Of a stretch of 64,000 nt of DNA, positions 54,077 through 62,152 are shown in pieces; the first letter of the stretch is position 1; every line of letters begins with the position of its first letter. The translations under genes were made by a program, and so were the position numbers. Source of the DNA: an uncultured archaeon (GTDB lineage Archaea > Micrarchaeota > Micrarchaeia > Micrarchaeales > CABMGC01); NCBI GenBank assembly GCA_963704435.1, contig OY969902.1, positions 136,949 to 200,948 of the forward strand, given 5' to 3'. The notes beneath the pieces are model-generated. The model searched no databases, was not told the DNA's origin, and worked only from the letters and a program-made list of their open reading frames with translations.

Positions 54077-54828
54077 TGCGAGATGATATCGTGAATAAGC
54101 TAGTTGTAAGATGCATGGACGGAAGGCTCAATGCCCACTGCGACAAGGCGCTCAACGACGGCAATACCGTCTTCGTGAGCAATGCAGGGGCGAGCGTGCT
54201 TGGCGTGAAAGGCACCATAACGCAGGCCATCCAGCATTTTGGCGTGAATGAGATCATCCTCCTCACGCACAGCGACTGCGGCAACAACAAAGAGATCGCA
54301 CTCGAGATCGGAAGGAATGAGATGCGCCTTGGCAAGGTGTTCTACGACACACACGTGAAGCCCTTTGAGAAAAGGGCGTTCGAGGACAATTCTGATCTCG
54401 ATGAAATGAACCCCCACGTCCAGCTGGAGGCGGCAAAGAGGCTATTCCCCGGCGTGAGGCGGATAAGTTCGGAACTGATAGACCTGAAGAAGATAAGCAT
54501 CCCCGCAGGCGGCGGCGATCACTCGCTCATAATAGCGAATCCCTCAAAGCGCAAGTTCTCCGCCATGGCCAGGGCGGTTGGGAAGGACGTTTCTGATTGC
54601 TATGTGGCGCTGGGCTACGGTTCGGAAATCCTGCCGGACATGCTGCTCGCCACGAAGGTCATGGGCATAAGGCACCTGCACTTCCTGGAGCAGGCGGGGG
54701 ATGACAAAAGGGATTTGAAACTCAGGATGGAGAAGGCGAAGAACATACTGCGCACCAACGACGAGCTGAACTGGATGCTCGCGGACGGCTCGATGACGCT
54801 CGAGTACGTGCGGCTAGCGCGAGCATGA
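54076..54828 (+). CDS. beta-carbonic-anhydrase-like protein with unknown C-terminal half
   Basis: CMDGR (C13, D15, R17) and HSDCG (H65, C68) reproduce the beta-CA CxDxR...HxxC zinc-site pattern and spacing. The start overlaps the ndk stop (TAATG). Confidence 0.4.
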   Translation: MRDDIVNKLVVRCMDGRLNAHCDKALNDGNTVFVSNAGASVLGVKGTITQAIQHFGVNEIILLTHSDCGNNKEIALEIGRNEMRLGKVFYDTHVKPFEKRAFEDNSDLDEMNPHVQLEAAKRLFPGVRRISSELIDLKKISIPAGGGDHSLIIANPSKRKFSAMARAVGKDVSDCYVALGYGSEILPDMLLATKVMGIRHLHFLEQAGDDKRDLKLRMEKAKNILRTNDELNWMLADGSMTLEYVRLARA

Positions 54829-54830
54829 GC

Positions 54831-55136
54831 CTACGCGCCCAGCGACTCCCTTGACTCCTCGCTCATCATGCCGGGGTTCCACGCGGGTTCCCATACGAGG
54901 TCGACAGTCACCTTGCCTGCGCCAGGAATGCGCTCGAGCCTTAGCTGGATGTCCTCAAGTATTACGCCCGCCACAGGGCACATCGGGCTCGTCATGGTTA
55001 CAGCCACGTCTATGTCATCCTTCCCGGAAACGCGGATGCCGTACACGAGACCCATGTCCACTACATTGATCCCGAGCTCGGGGTCGAGCGCGCCCCTCAG
55101 GGCCTTTACTACCCCGGCAGTTGTGACCTCGGCCAT
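54831..55136 (-). CDS. DUF59 / SufT-MIP18 family Fe-S assembly protein
   Basis: DPELGINVVDMGLVYGI...VAVTMTSPMCPVAG is the DUF59 signature. Confidence 0.75.
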   Translation of the reverse strand: MAEVTTAGVVKALRGALDPELGINVVDMGLVYGIRVSGKDDIDVAVTMTSPMCPVAGVILEDIQLRLERIPGAGKVTVDLVWEPAWNPGMMSEESRESLGA

Positions 55137-55228
55137 ATTGTGTTGCAGACATTCCAGAATATAAAGCGTGCGCAGGGCGCCGCTCGCGGTTTTATTAATC
55201 CCTTTGTAGTTTTATTATCGGTTTTTAC

Positions 55229-55489
55229 ATGGAGCACAAGGACCACCAAACCCTGGAAAGGGAACTTGAGATGGCAAAAGAAAAAGTCAAGATAGGCGGG
55301 GTCTACTCTCACTACAAGAATCCGGAGCACAGGGTCAGAGTCATAGCGATAGGAATACAGGAGGCCACCGAAAAGCTGTGCGTCATATACCGGGATGCGG
55401 CCGACGAGAACCTCATCTTCGTCAGGGACCTGGACATCTGGCTGGAGAAGCCGCTAAAGGACACGCCGCGCTTCAGGCTCGTCGGGTGA
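55229..55489 (+). CDS. DUF1653-like small protein
   Basis: GGVYSHYKNPEHRVRVIAIGIQEATEKLCVIYR...IFVRDLDIWLE resembles the DUF1653 pattern (YxHYKG..Y.V......TEE..VvY). Confidence 0.55.
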   Translation: MEHKDHQTLERELEMAKEKVKIGGVYSHYKNPEHRVRVIAIGIQEATEKLCVIYRDAADENLIFVRDLDIWLEKPLKDTPRFRLVG

Positions 55490-55528
55490 GGCGCGGAAGT
55501 TGGGATAGTAAGCGGCAGGATCCGGAAC

Positions 55529-56308
55529 CTACTTCATCAACACTTGAAGGCGCACCAGGTCCGCCTGGGACCCCTTCACCTTCAGCTTCCCGGTAAGGGT
55601 TGCCATCATGAGGTTCACGGTCTTGTTCAGGATGGCATCGAACGTGGCGCTTGTGACATTCATCACCACGTCGGCATCGGGAAGCCTCTTCCTTTCCATC
55701 TTGGACAGTCTGCCGTCGTTGATTATGAAGGCGTAGTCCTCATTCAGGTCAGTGAGCGTGATCTGTACGGTCTTTGTGAAGCCCTTCAGCGACGCGCGCA
55801 CGGCCGGATCCGCGAACTTCGCGGTCACCCGCTTGATGCAGGACGGCAGGGCTCCTCTGCCTGCTGGCTTAGGCGCAACCGCCGCATGCCTCCCGGTGCC
55901 TGCCGCGTTGGCCCTTGAAGCGGCGGCGCCTTTGCCTGCGGTGGCCGCAGGTCCGTTCAGCGTGAGCCCGAAGAACCCGACATCCATTGTCTCGCCCGGA
56001 TAGAATAGGAGCGCCGCACCGGCAATGAGCCCAAGACACACGAGGGAAAATAGGTTGACCAACAGGCCAAGAAGGACTATCGCGACCGAGATCCTCAGCA
56101 CCAGCTCATAGGGCAGACCCGAGAGCGCGTCCTCGATCTGCTTCCTGTATTCGCTGCTGCTCAGCCACACAAGGGCGCCCAATACCAGGAACCCGAACAC
56201 CCCGAAAGGCAGTAGGCCTCTCGGGAGCGATTCCAGAAGGAATGCAACTGCTAGCAGGATGAATATCCCCTGAAGGTCCTTCTGGGTCAGCGTAGCCATG
56301 CGGGACAT
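55529..56308 (-). CDS. membrane protein with C-terminal SCP2 sterol/lipid-carrier domain
   Basis: Four N-terminal TM helices. C-terminal ...VQITLTDLNEDYAFIINDG...ATFDAILNKTVNLMMATLTGKLKVKGSQADLVRL is an SCP2 pattern. Confidence 0.55.
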   Translation of the reverse strand: MSRMATLTQKDLQGIFILLAVAFLLESLPRGLLPFGVFGFLVLGALVWLSSSEYRKQIEDALSGLPYELVLRISVAIVLLGLLVNLFSLVCLGLIAGAALLFYPGETMDVGFFGLTLNGPAATAGKGAAASRANAAGTGRHAAVAPKPAGRGALPSCIKRVTAKFADPAVRASLKGFTKTVQITLTDLNEDYAFIINDGRLSKMERKRLPDADVVMNVTSATFDAILNKTVNLMMATLTGKLKVKGSQADLVRLQVLMK

Positions 56309-56439
56309 TAGCAGCAGCCCTTTTTATTCCTTTCTGCAGCCCGAAGGCGGAGAATCCAGCGGGCTCCGCGAGTAGCGGAATTGACCCGTGCGCACGAACC
56401 GCATATAAAGGTTGTGACTGGATAGTATTGGCGATCAGT

Positions 56440-57048
56440 ATGGAACTGGACAGAGCGGCAGTAGCCTGCCTTAGCTTGGCGAACGGCCAGAAGGACGGCT
56501 GCCTCTTCGTGATAGAGTCCAGGAGAACCAGGGAGAAGTACTACAAGGACTACAACGTCGACCCGTACAAGAAGAACGGGAAGAGATTCTCGGCCTTCGA
56601 CAAGAGGGACCGCCAGCTGATACACAGGCTAGCGGGCATAGACGGCGCCGTCGTAATAGGCAGGAACGGGGACATGCTCCACTACGGCGCGACGCTGCTC
56701 AACTCGGAGAAGATGATAGGTCACGGGAAGCGCCACGCCTTCGCGCTCGGGACGAGCAGGGCGGTGAAGGGCATCGTGTGCGTGCTGGCGAGCGAGGAGG
56801 ACGGCCACGTGAGGGTGTTCGAGAACGGTGCGCTGGTCGCAGACGTAGACAAGGACACCCAGCTGAGCATCTCGACGAAGCGCAGGATCGGCGAGGTCCT
56901 GAACTCCCCGATAACGAAGACGCTGGTGGCTTCGGGGCTAGTGGCATCCATACTCACGCTGAACCCGCTGCCGGCGATAGTGACCATGGTAGGCAGCTTC
57001 GCGGTGGTCTCCGAGGGCTTCAACAGGCTGAAGGCGCTTCTGGACTAG
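56440..57048 (+). CDS. diadenylate cyclase (DAC/DisA_N)-like domain protein with C-terminal TM segment
   Basis: IDGAVVIGRNGDMLHYGATL, GHGKRHAFALG and VCVLASEEDGHVRVFENG parallel the DAC motifs DGAxxI, GTRHRAA and VSEETGxIS. ATG 56440 lies about 32 nt after GCATATAAAG. Confidence 0.5.
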   Translation: MELDRAAVACLSLANGQKDGCLFVIESRRTREKYYKDYNVDPYKKNGKRFSAFDKRDRQLIHRLAGIDGAVVIGRNGDMLHYGATLLNSEKMIGHGKRHAFALGTSRAVKGIVCVLASEEDGHVRVFENGALVADVDKDTQLSISTKRRIGEVLNSPITKTLVASGLVASILTLNPLPAIVTMVGSFAVVSEGFNRLKALLD

Positions 57049-57061
57049 GGGACGCCGGAAT

Positions 57062-60000
57062 TCAGGACGCGAGGCACTTGGGCGACGTCATCCAGGTGCA
57101 GCCCTTGTTGGATGAGCACGAGTTCCCTCCGAGGTCCTCTTCGACCCTCGACGTGGAGGTCCCGTTGCACACTATGCCCCTGGCGCTCATGTTGAGGAAC
57201 GAGTTGCCCTTGAGTATGAAGGCGGTGGCGTTCACCATCGACATGCCTGTGGAGCCATGCCCCGCATTGGTGGTCGACACGCTCGACGAGGAGCCGCCGA
57301 CGAATCTCAGTCCGGTGCTCACATTGTAGAACGTGTTGTTCGTTATCGTGGCGTAGTTCACATTCAAGGCGACCAGGCCATAGGTGCTGTTCGATATCTT
57401 ATTATTGAGGATGTTCGGGAACTGCGCGCTGGATACCAGTATCGACGCGTTCGCGTTCGTGATCGTGTTGTTGATCACGGTGTCATGCTGCCCACCGACT
57501 GCTATGCCTGTGGTGAAGTTCCTTATGAAGCAGTTCTCCACTTTCACGTTGCTGGAGTTGACTATGTTGACGAAAGTCCCTCCCTTGCTGGAATAGACGG
57601 TGTGGCCGTTGCAGTTTATCACGGAGGCGTTCGCCGTTGTGTTGGCGGTATTGTACGCGCTGAAGCAGGTGTTGCCGTACGGGTAGAGCATGTCCTCGGT
57701 CAGGGTTATGGTCTGGGGCGAGACAATCGCGGCGCACGGCGGGCTGAACGATATCGGAGGCACCACCAGGAGCCACCTGCACGTGTTCTTCGAAATACCG
57801 AAGTTGACCCCTATTCCGTCCGAGTAGAGCCCGCCGGACGACGGCGAGCAGTAATAGTCGAGAACACCGCTCTGGGACGCGGTGTTGTTGAAGATGGCGT
57901 TACCGAGCGTATTGACGAACATGTACCCGTTGCCGGTACTGTGCTGCGCGTTGTTGAACGAGACGATGTCATTGGTCGCGTTCCTGAACACGAAGCCGCT
58001 GGACGCATTGAGACCGGTCGTGGCCGTGTCCAGCGTGACCGTGCTGGAGACGAGCTTTGAGAAGTTGAAGCCGGAGACCGTGTACGTCGACACTGCGATG
58101 CCGTTCACCGTGCTTGACGAGACGTTCCTCATTATGACCCCCTGGCGCACGTTCCCTAGAGTGAGGTTCATCAGGCTAATGCGCCTTGAATTGCTCACGT
58201 TGACTCCGGTGGCGAACTGGTAGGTGTTGCATCCGGAGATGGTGACGTTGGACACGCCGCTCGCCGAGAATGCGCCGTTCGTGGCGCCGCTGACAAAGGC
58301 GCCCGTGAGCCCGTAGCCGCCGGTGCAGGTCAGCTGCACGTTGGACGCCCTTATGTTGAAGCAGGTGCCTGAGCTCGGGGCTATGACGTTGGACGTGACG
58401 ACGTAGTTGCCGGGGGCGACTATGGGCTGGCAGCTGGTGAGCGGGTACGAAGAGAGCACCGGTAGCACGTGCTGTCTGCATGATCCTGCCCACAGGCAGT
58501 CGGTGACCCCGCAGGACATGCCTTGCAGGAGGTCGTCCGTCGAGTTGGTGTACGTGCCCGCGGTGCAGTACAGGTCGGCCTTCGTGTCGTTCGTGGCCGT
58601 GCCGCCGCTGAATATGTTAGTGCCGCCGCTGTTCGCGTAGATTCCGTAGGTGTTGTTCCTCGCGCCAACGGAGCTCAGCGTTATCCCGTTCGTCTTGTTC
58701 ATGTACACGCCATAGGTGTCATTGGTAAGGCTGGCGCCGGTGAGGGTCCCGGTCGTGGAGTTCTGGAAGTATATGCCGTAGGTGGAGCCGGTGGAGGTTA
58801 TGTTGCGCAAGTGGGCGTTGAAGGAGTTCGCCACATAGAGGCCGTAGGTGTTGTTCGAGAGGACGCAGTTGGAGACGTTATCGTTGAACGACCCGACGTA
58901 GACCCCGTAGCCGAACCCGCTTATGCTCATGCCCCCGCACGCGAAGTTGACGTTGGGCGCGGTCACCTTTATGCACGGCTCACCCTGGGATACCGAATTG
59001 GAGGTGTTGAGGAAGTTCGGTGCGCTGAGGCTGGCGCCAAGAGAATAGGTCCCTGGCGAGGAGATCGTTCCGCACGAGCTCACTCTTCCCGGAGAGAGTC
59101 TCGTGCCGGAGAGGTTGAACGGCACGTTCCTGGAGCACTGCGCGAACGCGCAGTAGTCGTTGAGCGAGCAGGTCGAGTTCGAGAACGAGTTGGAGTACCT
59201 GAACGCCGAAGTGTAGTTGCACACTAGATCTACAGTGTTCCTGAACAGCTTGTCCCCGGAGAATGTGTTGCCCGTGGAGTTCACCACTATGCCGTAATAT
59301 GCGTTGTTCGTTATGGTGTTGTTGACCACGAGATTGACCCCTCCCTGCAGGTAGATCGCCCCTTGCACGCTGTTGGACCACGAGACCTGGTTGTTCAGTA
59401 TGTTGTCGTTATGAGAGTTGCTCAGGTAAATCCCAGACATGACCGGCTTGGTCAGGTTGTCGTTCGTGATCGTGGACGACGTCACGTTGGCGAAGTAGAC
59501 GTCATAGGAGAACTGCAGCACCCTCACACCGGTTATCGTCACGTTCGAGGCGTTGTACACCGCTATGCCGTACGAAAAGGGGGGCAGGCCGACGTAGGGT
59601 CCGTTCCCGGTTAACGTGTTCAGGTTTCCTACCAGCTTGACATTGCTAGCGGTGATCGCTATGCAGGCGCCGCTCTGCGCGCTCGTATTGATGTTGCTCG
59701 CGATGAAATACGTTCCGGACTTGCTTATCGTCGTGCAGTTCCTGATGTTCGCTACGTTGGCCTGCGAGACCGTCGTGGTCGCGGCGACCGTGGTCGTGGC
59801 AAGGGTGGTCATGGTGGTGGTCACATGGGATGTCCCAATGCCGCGGAGAAGCATGAACGCGATCGCAGCTATCACCACAATCGCGATTATCGAGACGATG
59901 AGCTTTATCGGAATACGCATCGGGGGCTTAGGGACAGGAGGCTGCTGGACTGGTTGGGCCTCCTGGGGCGCGGGCTGCGGAGCAGGGGCGGGCTGAGGTA

Positions 60001-60196
60001 GAGCCGCCTCCGGAGCGGATTGCGGAGGCTGAGCGGGTGGCGGAGAGGGAGGCGGAGGTGGCGGAGAGGGAGGCGGAGGTGGCGGAGGCTGCGGAGGATA
60101 GGTAGTGGAAGGGGCCGGAGGGACCGCCTGCGGCGGAGCGCCTCCAGTCGTGGATTGTCCCGCACCTCCCTGCTGGGGCCAGTCGTTGTCGCTCAT
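57062..60196 (-). CDS. 1,044-aa cell-surface protein: Pro-rich N-terminal tail, single TM, Thr-rich stalk, long right-handed parallel beta-helix (PbH1/NosD-like) repeats
   Basis: PPQPPPPPPPSPPPPPPSPPPAQPP..., TM IKLIVSIIAIVVIAAIAFML, TTTMTTLATTTVAATTTV, then dozens of about 22-aa units of the type N.I..N.I....YGI.....SNN.I, with many N-x-S/T sequons. Confidence 0.8.
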   Translation of the reverse strand: MSDNDWPQQGGAGQSTTGGAPPQAVPPAPSTTYPPQPPPPPPPSPPPPPPSPPPAQPPQSAPEAALPQPAPAPQPAPQEAQPVQQPPVPKPPMRIPIKLIVSIIAIVVIAAIAFMLLRGIGTSHVTTTMTTLATTTVAATTTVSQANVANIRNCTTISKSGTYFIASNINTSAQSGACIAITASNVKLVGNLNTLTGNGPYVGLPPFSYGIAVYNASNVTITGVRVLQFSYDVYFANVTSSTITNDNLTKPVMSGIYLSNSHNDNILNNQVSWSNSVQGAIYLQGGVNLVVNNTITNNAYYGIVVNSTGNTFSGDKLFRNTVDLVCNYTSAFRYSNSFSNSTCSLNDYCAFAQCSRNVPFNLSGTRLSPGRVSSCGTISSPGTYSLGASLSAPNFLNTSNSVSQGEPCIKVTAPNVNFACGGMSISGFGYGVYVGSFNDNVSNCVLSNNTYGLYVANSFNAHLRNITSTGSTYGIYFQNSTTGTLTGASLTNDTYGVYMNKTNGITLSSVGARNNTYGIYANSGGTNIFSGGTATNDTKADLYCTAGTYTNSTDDLLQGMSCGVTDCLWAGSCRQHVLPVLSSYPLTSCQPIVAPGNYVVTSNVIAPSSGTCFNIRASNVQLTCTGGYGLTGAFVSGATNGAFSASGVSNVTISGCNTYQFATGVNVSNSRRISLMNLTLGNVRQGVIMRNVSSSTVNGIAVSTYTVSGFNFSKLVSSTVTLDTATTGLNASSGFVFRNATNDIVSFNNAQHSTGNGYMFVNTLGNAIFNNTASQSGVLDYYCSPSSGGLYSDGIGVNFGISKNTCRWLLVVPPISFSPPCAAIVSPQTITLTEDMLYPYGNTCFSAYNTANTTANASVINCNGHTVYSSKGGTFVNIVNSSNVKVENCFIRNFTTGIAVGGQHDTVINNTITNANASILVSSAQFPNILNNKISNSTYGLVALNVNYATITNNTFYNVSTGLRFVGGSSSSVSTTNAGHGSTGMSMVNATAFILKGNSFLNMSARGIVCNGTSTSRVEEDLGGNSCSSNKGCTWMTSPKCLAS
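60037..60088 (-). repeat. 21-bp tandem repeat (2.5 copies) inside the Pro-rich coding region
   Basis: GTGGCGGAGAGGGAGGCGGAG occurs identically at 60037..60057 and 60058..60078, with a partial third copy to 60088. It encodes the repeated PPPPSPP heptad on the minus strand. Confidence 0.85.
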
Positions 60197-60265
60197 TTAA
60201 ACCCATCCGAGATGCTCAAGAAAGTAATTTATGTTAATATCCTACTTATTTATAGCTTGTGTGAC

Positions 60266-60337
60266 GCCCCGGTAGCTCAGTGGTAGAGCGACTGTCTCGT
60301 AAGCAGTAGGTCGAGGGTTCAATTCCCTTTCGGGGCT
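60266..60337 (+). tRNA. tRNA-Thr (anticodon CGU), no encoded CCA, no intron
   Basis: Hand-folded cloverleaf. Acceptor GCCCCGG/UCGGGGC. D arm GCUC-AGUGGUA-GAGC. Anticodon arm ACUGU-CUCGUAA-GCAGU. T arm GAGGG-UUCAAUU-CCCUU. Discriminator U. Confidence 0.9.
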
Positions 60338-60385
60338 TATATTTATTTCGAGGAAATTCAAGTAACCCCTCAACGATGTCCCATT

Positions 60386-61186
60386 TTATAGTATTCCACG
60401 CTTGCTTTTTGCAGAGGTCGTGTTCCCGCTAGCATAAGCCTCAGAGAGTGTATTCAACGTGTTCCTCAGCGCCCCGATGTACCTCTTGTTCTTGTTTGCT
60501 ATGATCAACCGCATCGTCAGGGCCTTCTTCAGATTTGGTATCGACGCTTCTGCGTCTCCCATTTTCAGCTGAGTTGCGCCCAGGATGTGGTAAGTCCATG
60601 AGAGATTGGGATAGCCCTTCTCCTTCTCTCTGCCTTTGAAGTTGTTCGATTTGGCGACTTTTGTCTGAACTTTCAGAGATTCCTTCAGTAGCGAAACGGC
60701 AGCTGCAAACCTCTTCTTGTCGGCAAGCCTACACGAAGTTCCGTTGAGCCCATATACGAAATATGGGAGGTTGTTGGCGCTTTTGGAGTACAGTTTTCTG
60801 GCTATCGCAAGTTCCTTCTTTGATAAGGCAAGTGCCTTATCTATGTGGTTGAGATCTGCTAGAACGTCGGCTGTGTAGTGCAACGCCAGCACCATCCTGC
60901 TGTCGAGGTTTTTATCGCCTTTTGCCAGCCTCTCATACAGTTTCAGGGCCTTGACCTGGAAGGCATAGGATTTTGCAAACTGTCCCATGGATCTCAACGT
61001 ATGCCCCATCCCGTTATAAGCGTCGGCAAGAGCCAATCTATTCTTGTTATCTGGCTTGTTTTCGCAGTTCTTTACGGTCTTGGAATAATACGAAATCGCT
61101 TTGTCGTAGTCCCCTTTCTGGAAAGAGGAATTTCCAGACTTGATCAATCCATCTAATTTCTTGGTGTTTACCATATAACCAAACAC
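60386..61186 (-). CDS. tetratricopeptide-repeat (TPR) protein
   Basis: 266 aa with repeated 34-aa A..Y...G......G.Y.KA..YY..AL units (for example GDYDKAISYYSKTVK and ALADAYNGMGHTLRSMGQFAKSYAFQVKAL). Lower G+C than the backbone. Confidence 0.7.
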   Translation of the reverse strand: MFGYMVNTKKLDGLIKSGNSSFQKGDYDKAISYYSKTVKNCENKPDNKNRLALADAYNGMGHTLRSMGQFAKSYAFQVKALKLYERLAKGDKNLDSRMVLALHYTADVLADLNHIDKALALSKKELAIARKLYSKSANNLPYFVYGLNGTSCRLADKKRFAAAVSLLKESLKVQTKVAKSNNFKGREKEKGYPNLSWTYHILGATQLKMGDAEASIPNLKKALTMRLIIANKNKRYIGALRNTLNTLSEAYASGNTTSAKSKRGIL

Positions 61187-61349
61187 CTACTTTATCGAAT
61201 GCGAAGTTATTAACACTTTACAACAAATGCGACGCTCCAGAATATTGTGGTATATACATGCGTATGTAAAGGTAACTGAACTTATTACATAAACGCCTCC
61301 TGGGGCTGACCAAGCGAGATGCTCCTGCTTTGCGAAAATCCAATAAAAT

Positions 61350-62010
61350 GACCTCCTCCCCCGACTAAAGTCGGGGGTATCCCCTGCGCTCTAGGCGGCA
61401 AGTCTCATTTGTCCGTACTGATCCTGCTTTCTGATGTAATTTTGTATCGTCTCCTCGTTCTGAGGGCCTACGCTTCCGTTACTGTATCCTTCACTCCAGA
61501 AATGCCCTCTCCAATACCTAAGTCGATGGTTTGGCATTTCTTTGAAGACCACGTACGCCGAATATCCCTTCAGCAGTTGCACCGCGGTTGAAACTGACAT
61601 AGTATTTGGTACGTCAATCTCAAGATGCACGTGTTGAAAGTCTTCTCCGACAGCGAATTCTTTAATTCCGATTCCATGTCTACGCGCGGCGTCATAAATC
61701 GCATCGTGTATTATTCGGCAGGTCTCTGGATTTTTGAACATCCTGTATCGATATTTCGACACAAAAACCATGTGCTGCCAGTTGTACCTGTGGATGCATG
61801 CCGTCGCGCTTTCCTTTATATCCCTTACATTGTTTACACTATTCACAATAACACTTCGGCGGCAGAAACTTCAGGACCGCAAAAATTCTGGGGCCACACT
61901 GCCGTCGCTAATCCTTCTCAGAATTTGTTAAAAATAGAGCAGGAACACTCAAAGTGGGGTCAATTCCTGTCCGCGGGCTAAAGCCCGTGGTATACCTTGA
62001 CCCCACACCC
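61350..62010 (-). mobile_element. IS200-type element (IS200/IS605 family, tnpA only) with subterminal hairpins; boundaries approximate
   Basis: Hairpin CCCCCGAC-TAAA-GTCGGGGG lies at 61358..61377. A nested hairpin GTGGGGTCAA...CCGCGGGC-TAAA-GCCCGTGG...TTGACCCCAC lies at 61954..62006. Together they flank the Y1 transposase gene. Total size is about 0.66 kb. Confidence 0.7.
61391..61846 (-). CDS. tnpA: IS200/IS605-family Y1 (HUH) transposase TnpA
   Basis: WQHMVFVSKYRYRMF, HUH motif DFQHVHLEIDVP, LKGYSAYV and RGHFWSEGYSNGSVG (catalytic Tyr region). 151 aa. Confidence 0.85.
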   Translation of the reverse strand: MNSVNNVRDIKESATACIHRYNWQHMVFVSKYRYRMFKNPETCRIIHDAIYDAARRHGIGIKEFAVGEDFQHVHLEIDVPNTMSVSTAVQLLKGYSAYVVFKEMPNHRLRYWRGHFWSEGYSNGSVGPQNEETIQNYIRKQDQYGQMRLAA

Positions 62011-62152
62011 CCTAATTAATAAGCTTTATACAGATGGAGGATGCCGTCATTAAATGACCCGCTTCCATGGTCTCCTCCCTTATCCTAAGCAGCAAGAGAG
62101 GCTTATTGCGCGCTACCCTATGACATCGCGCTCCCTTCTCGGCTGCGAGGAG

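Noticed and set aside
60001-60130. Repetitive GGCGGAGG-type DNA that could be mistaken for a repeat array or CRISPR
   Set aside because: The repeats are contiguous with no spacers, 21 bp in period, and lie in frame within the Pro-rich coding region of the beta-helix protein. No cas genes are nearby.
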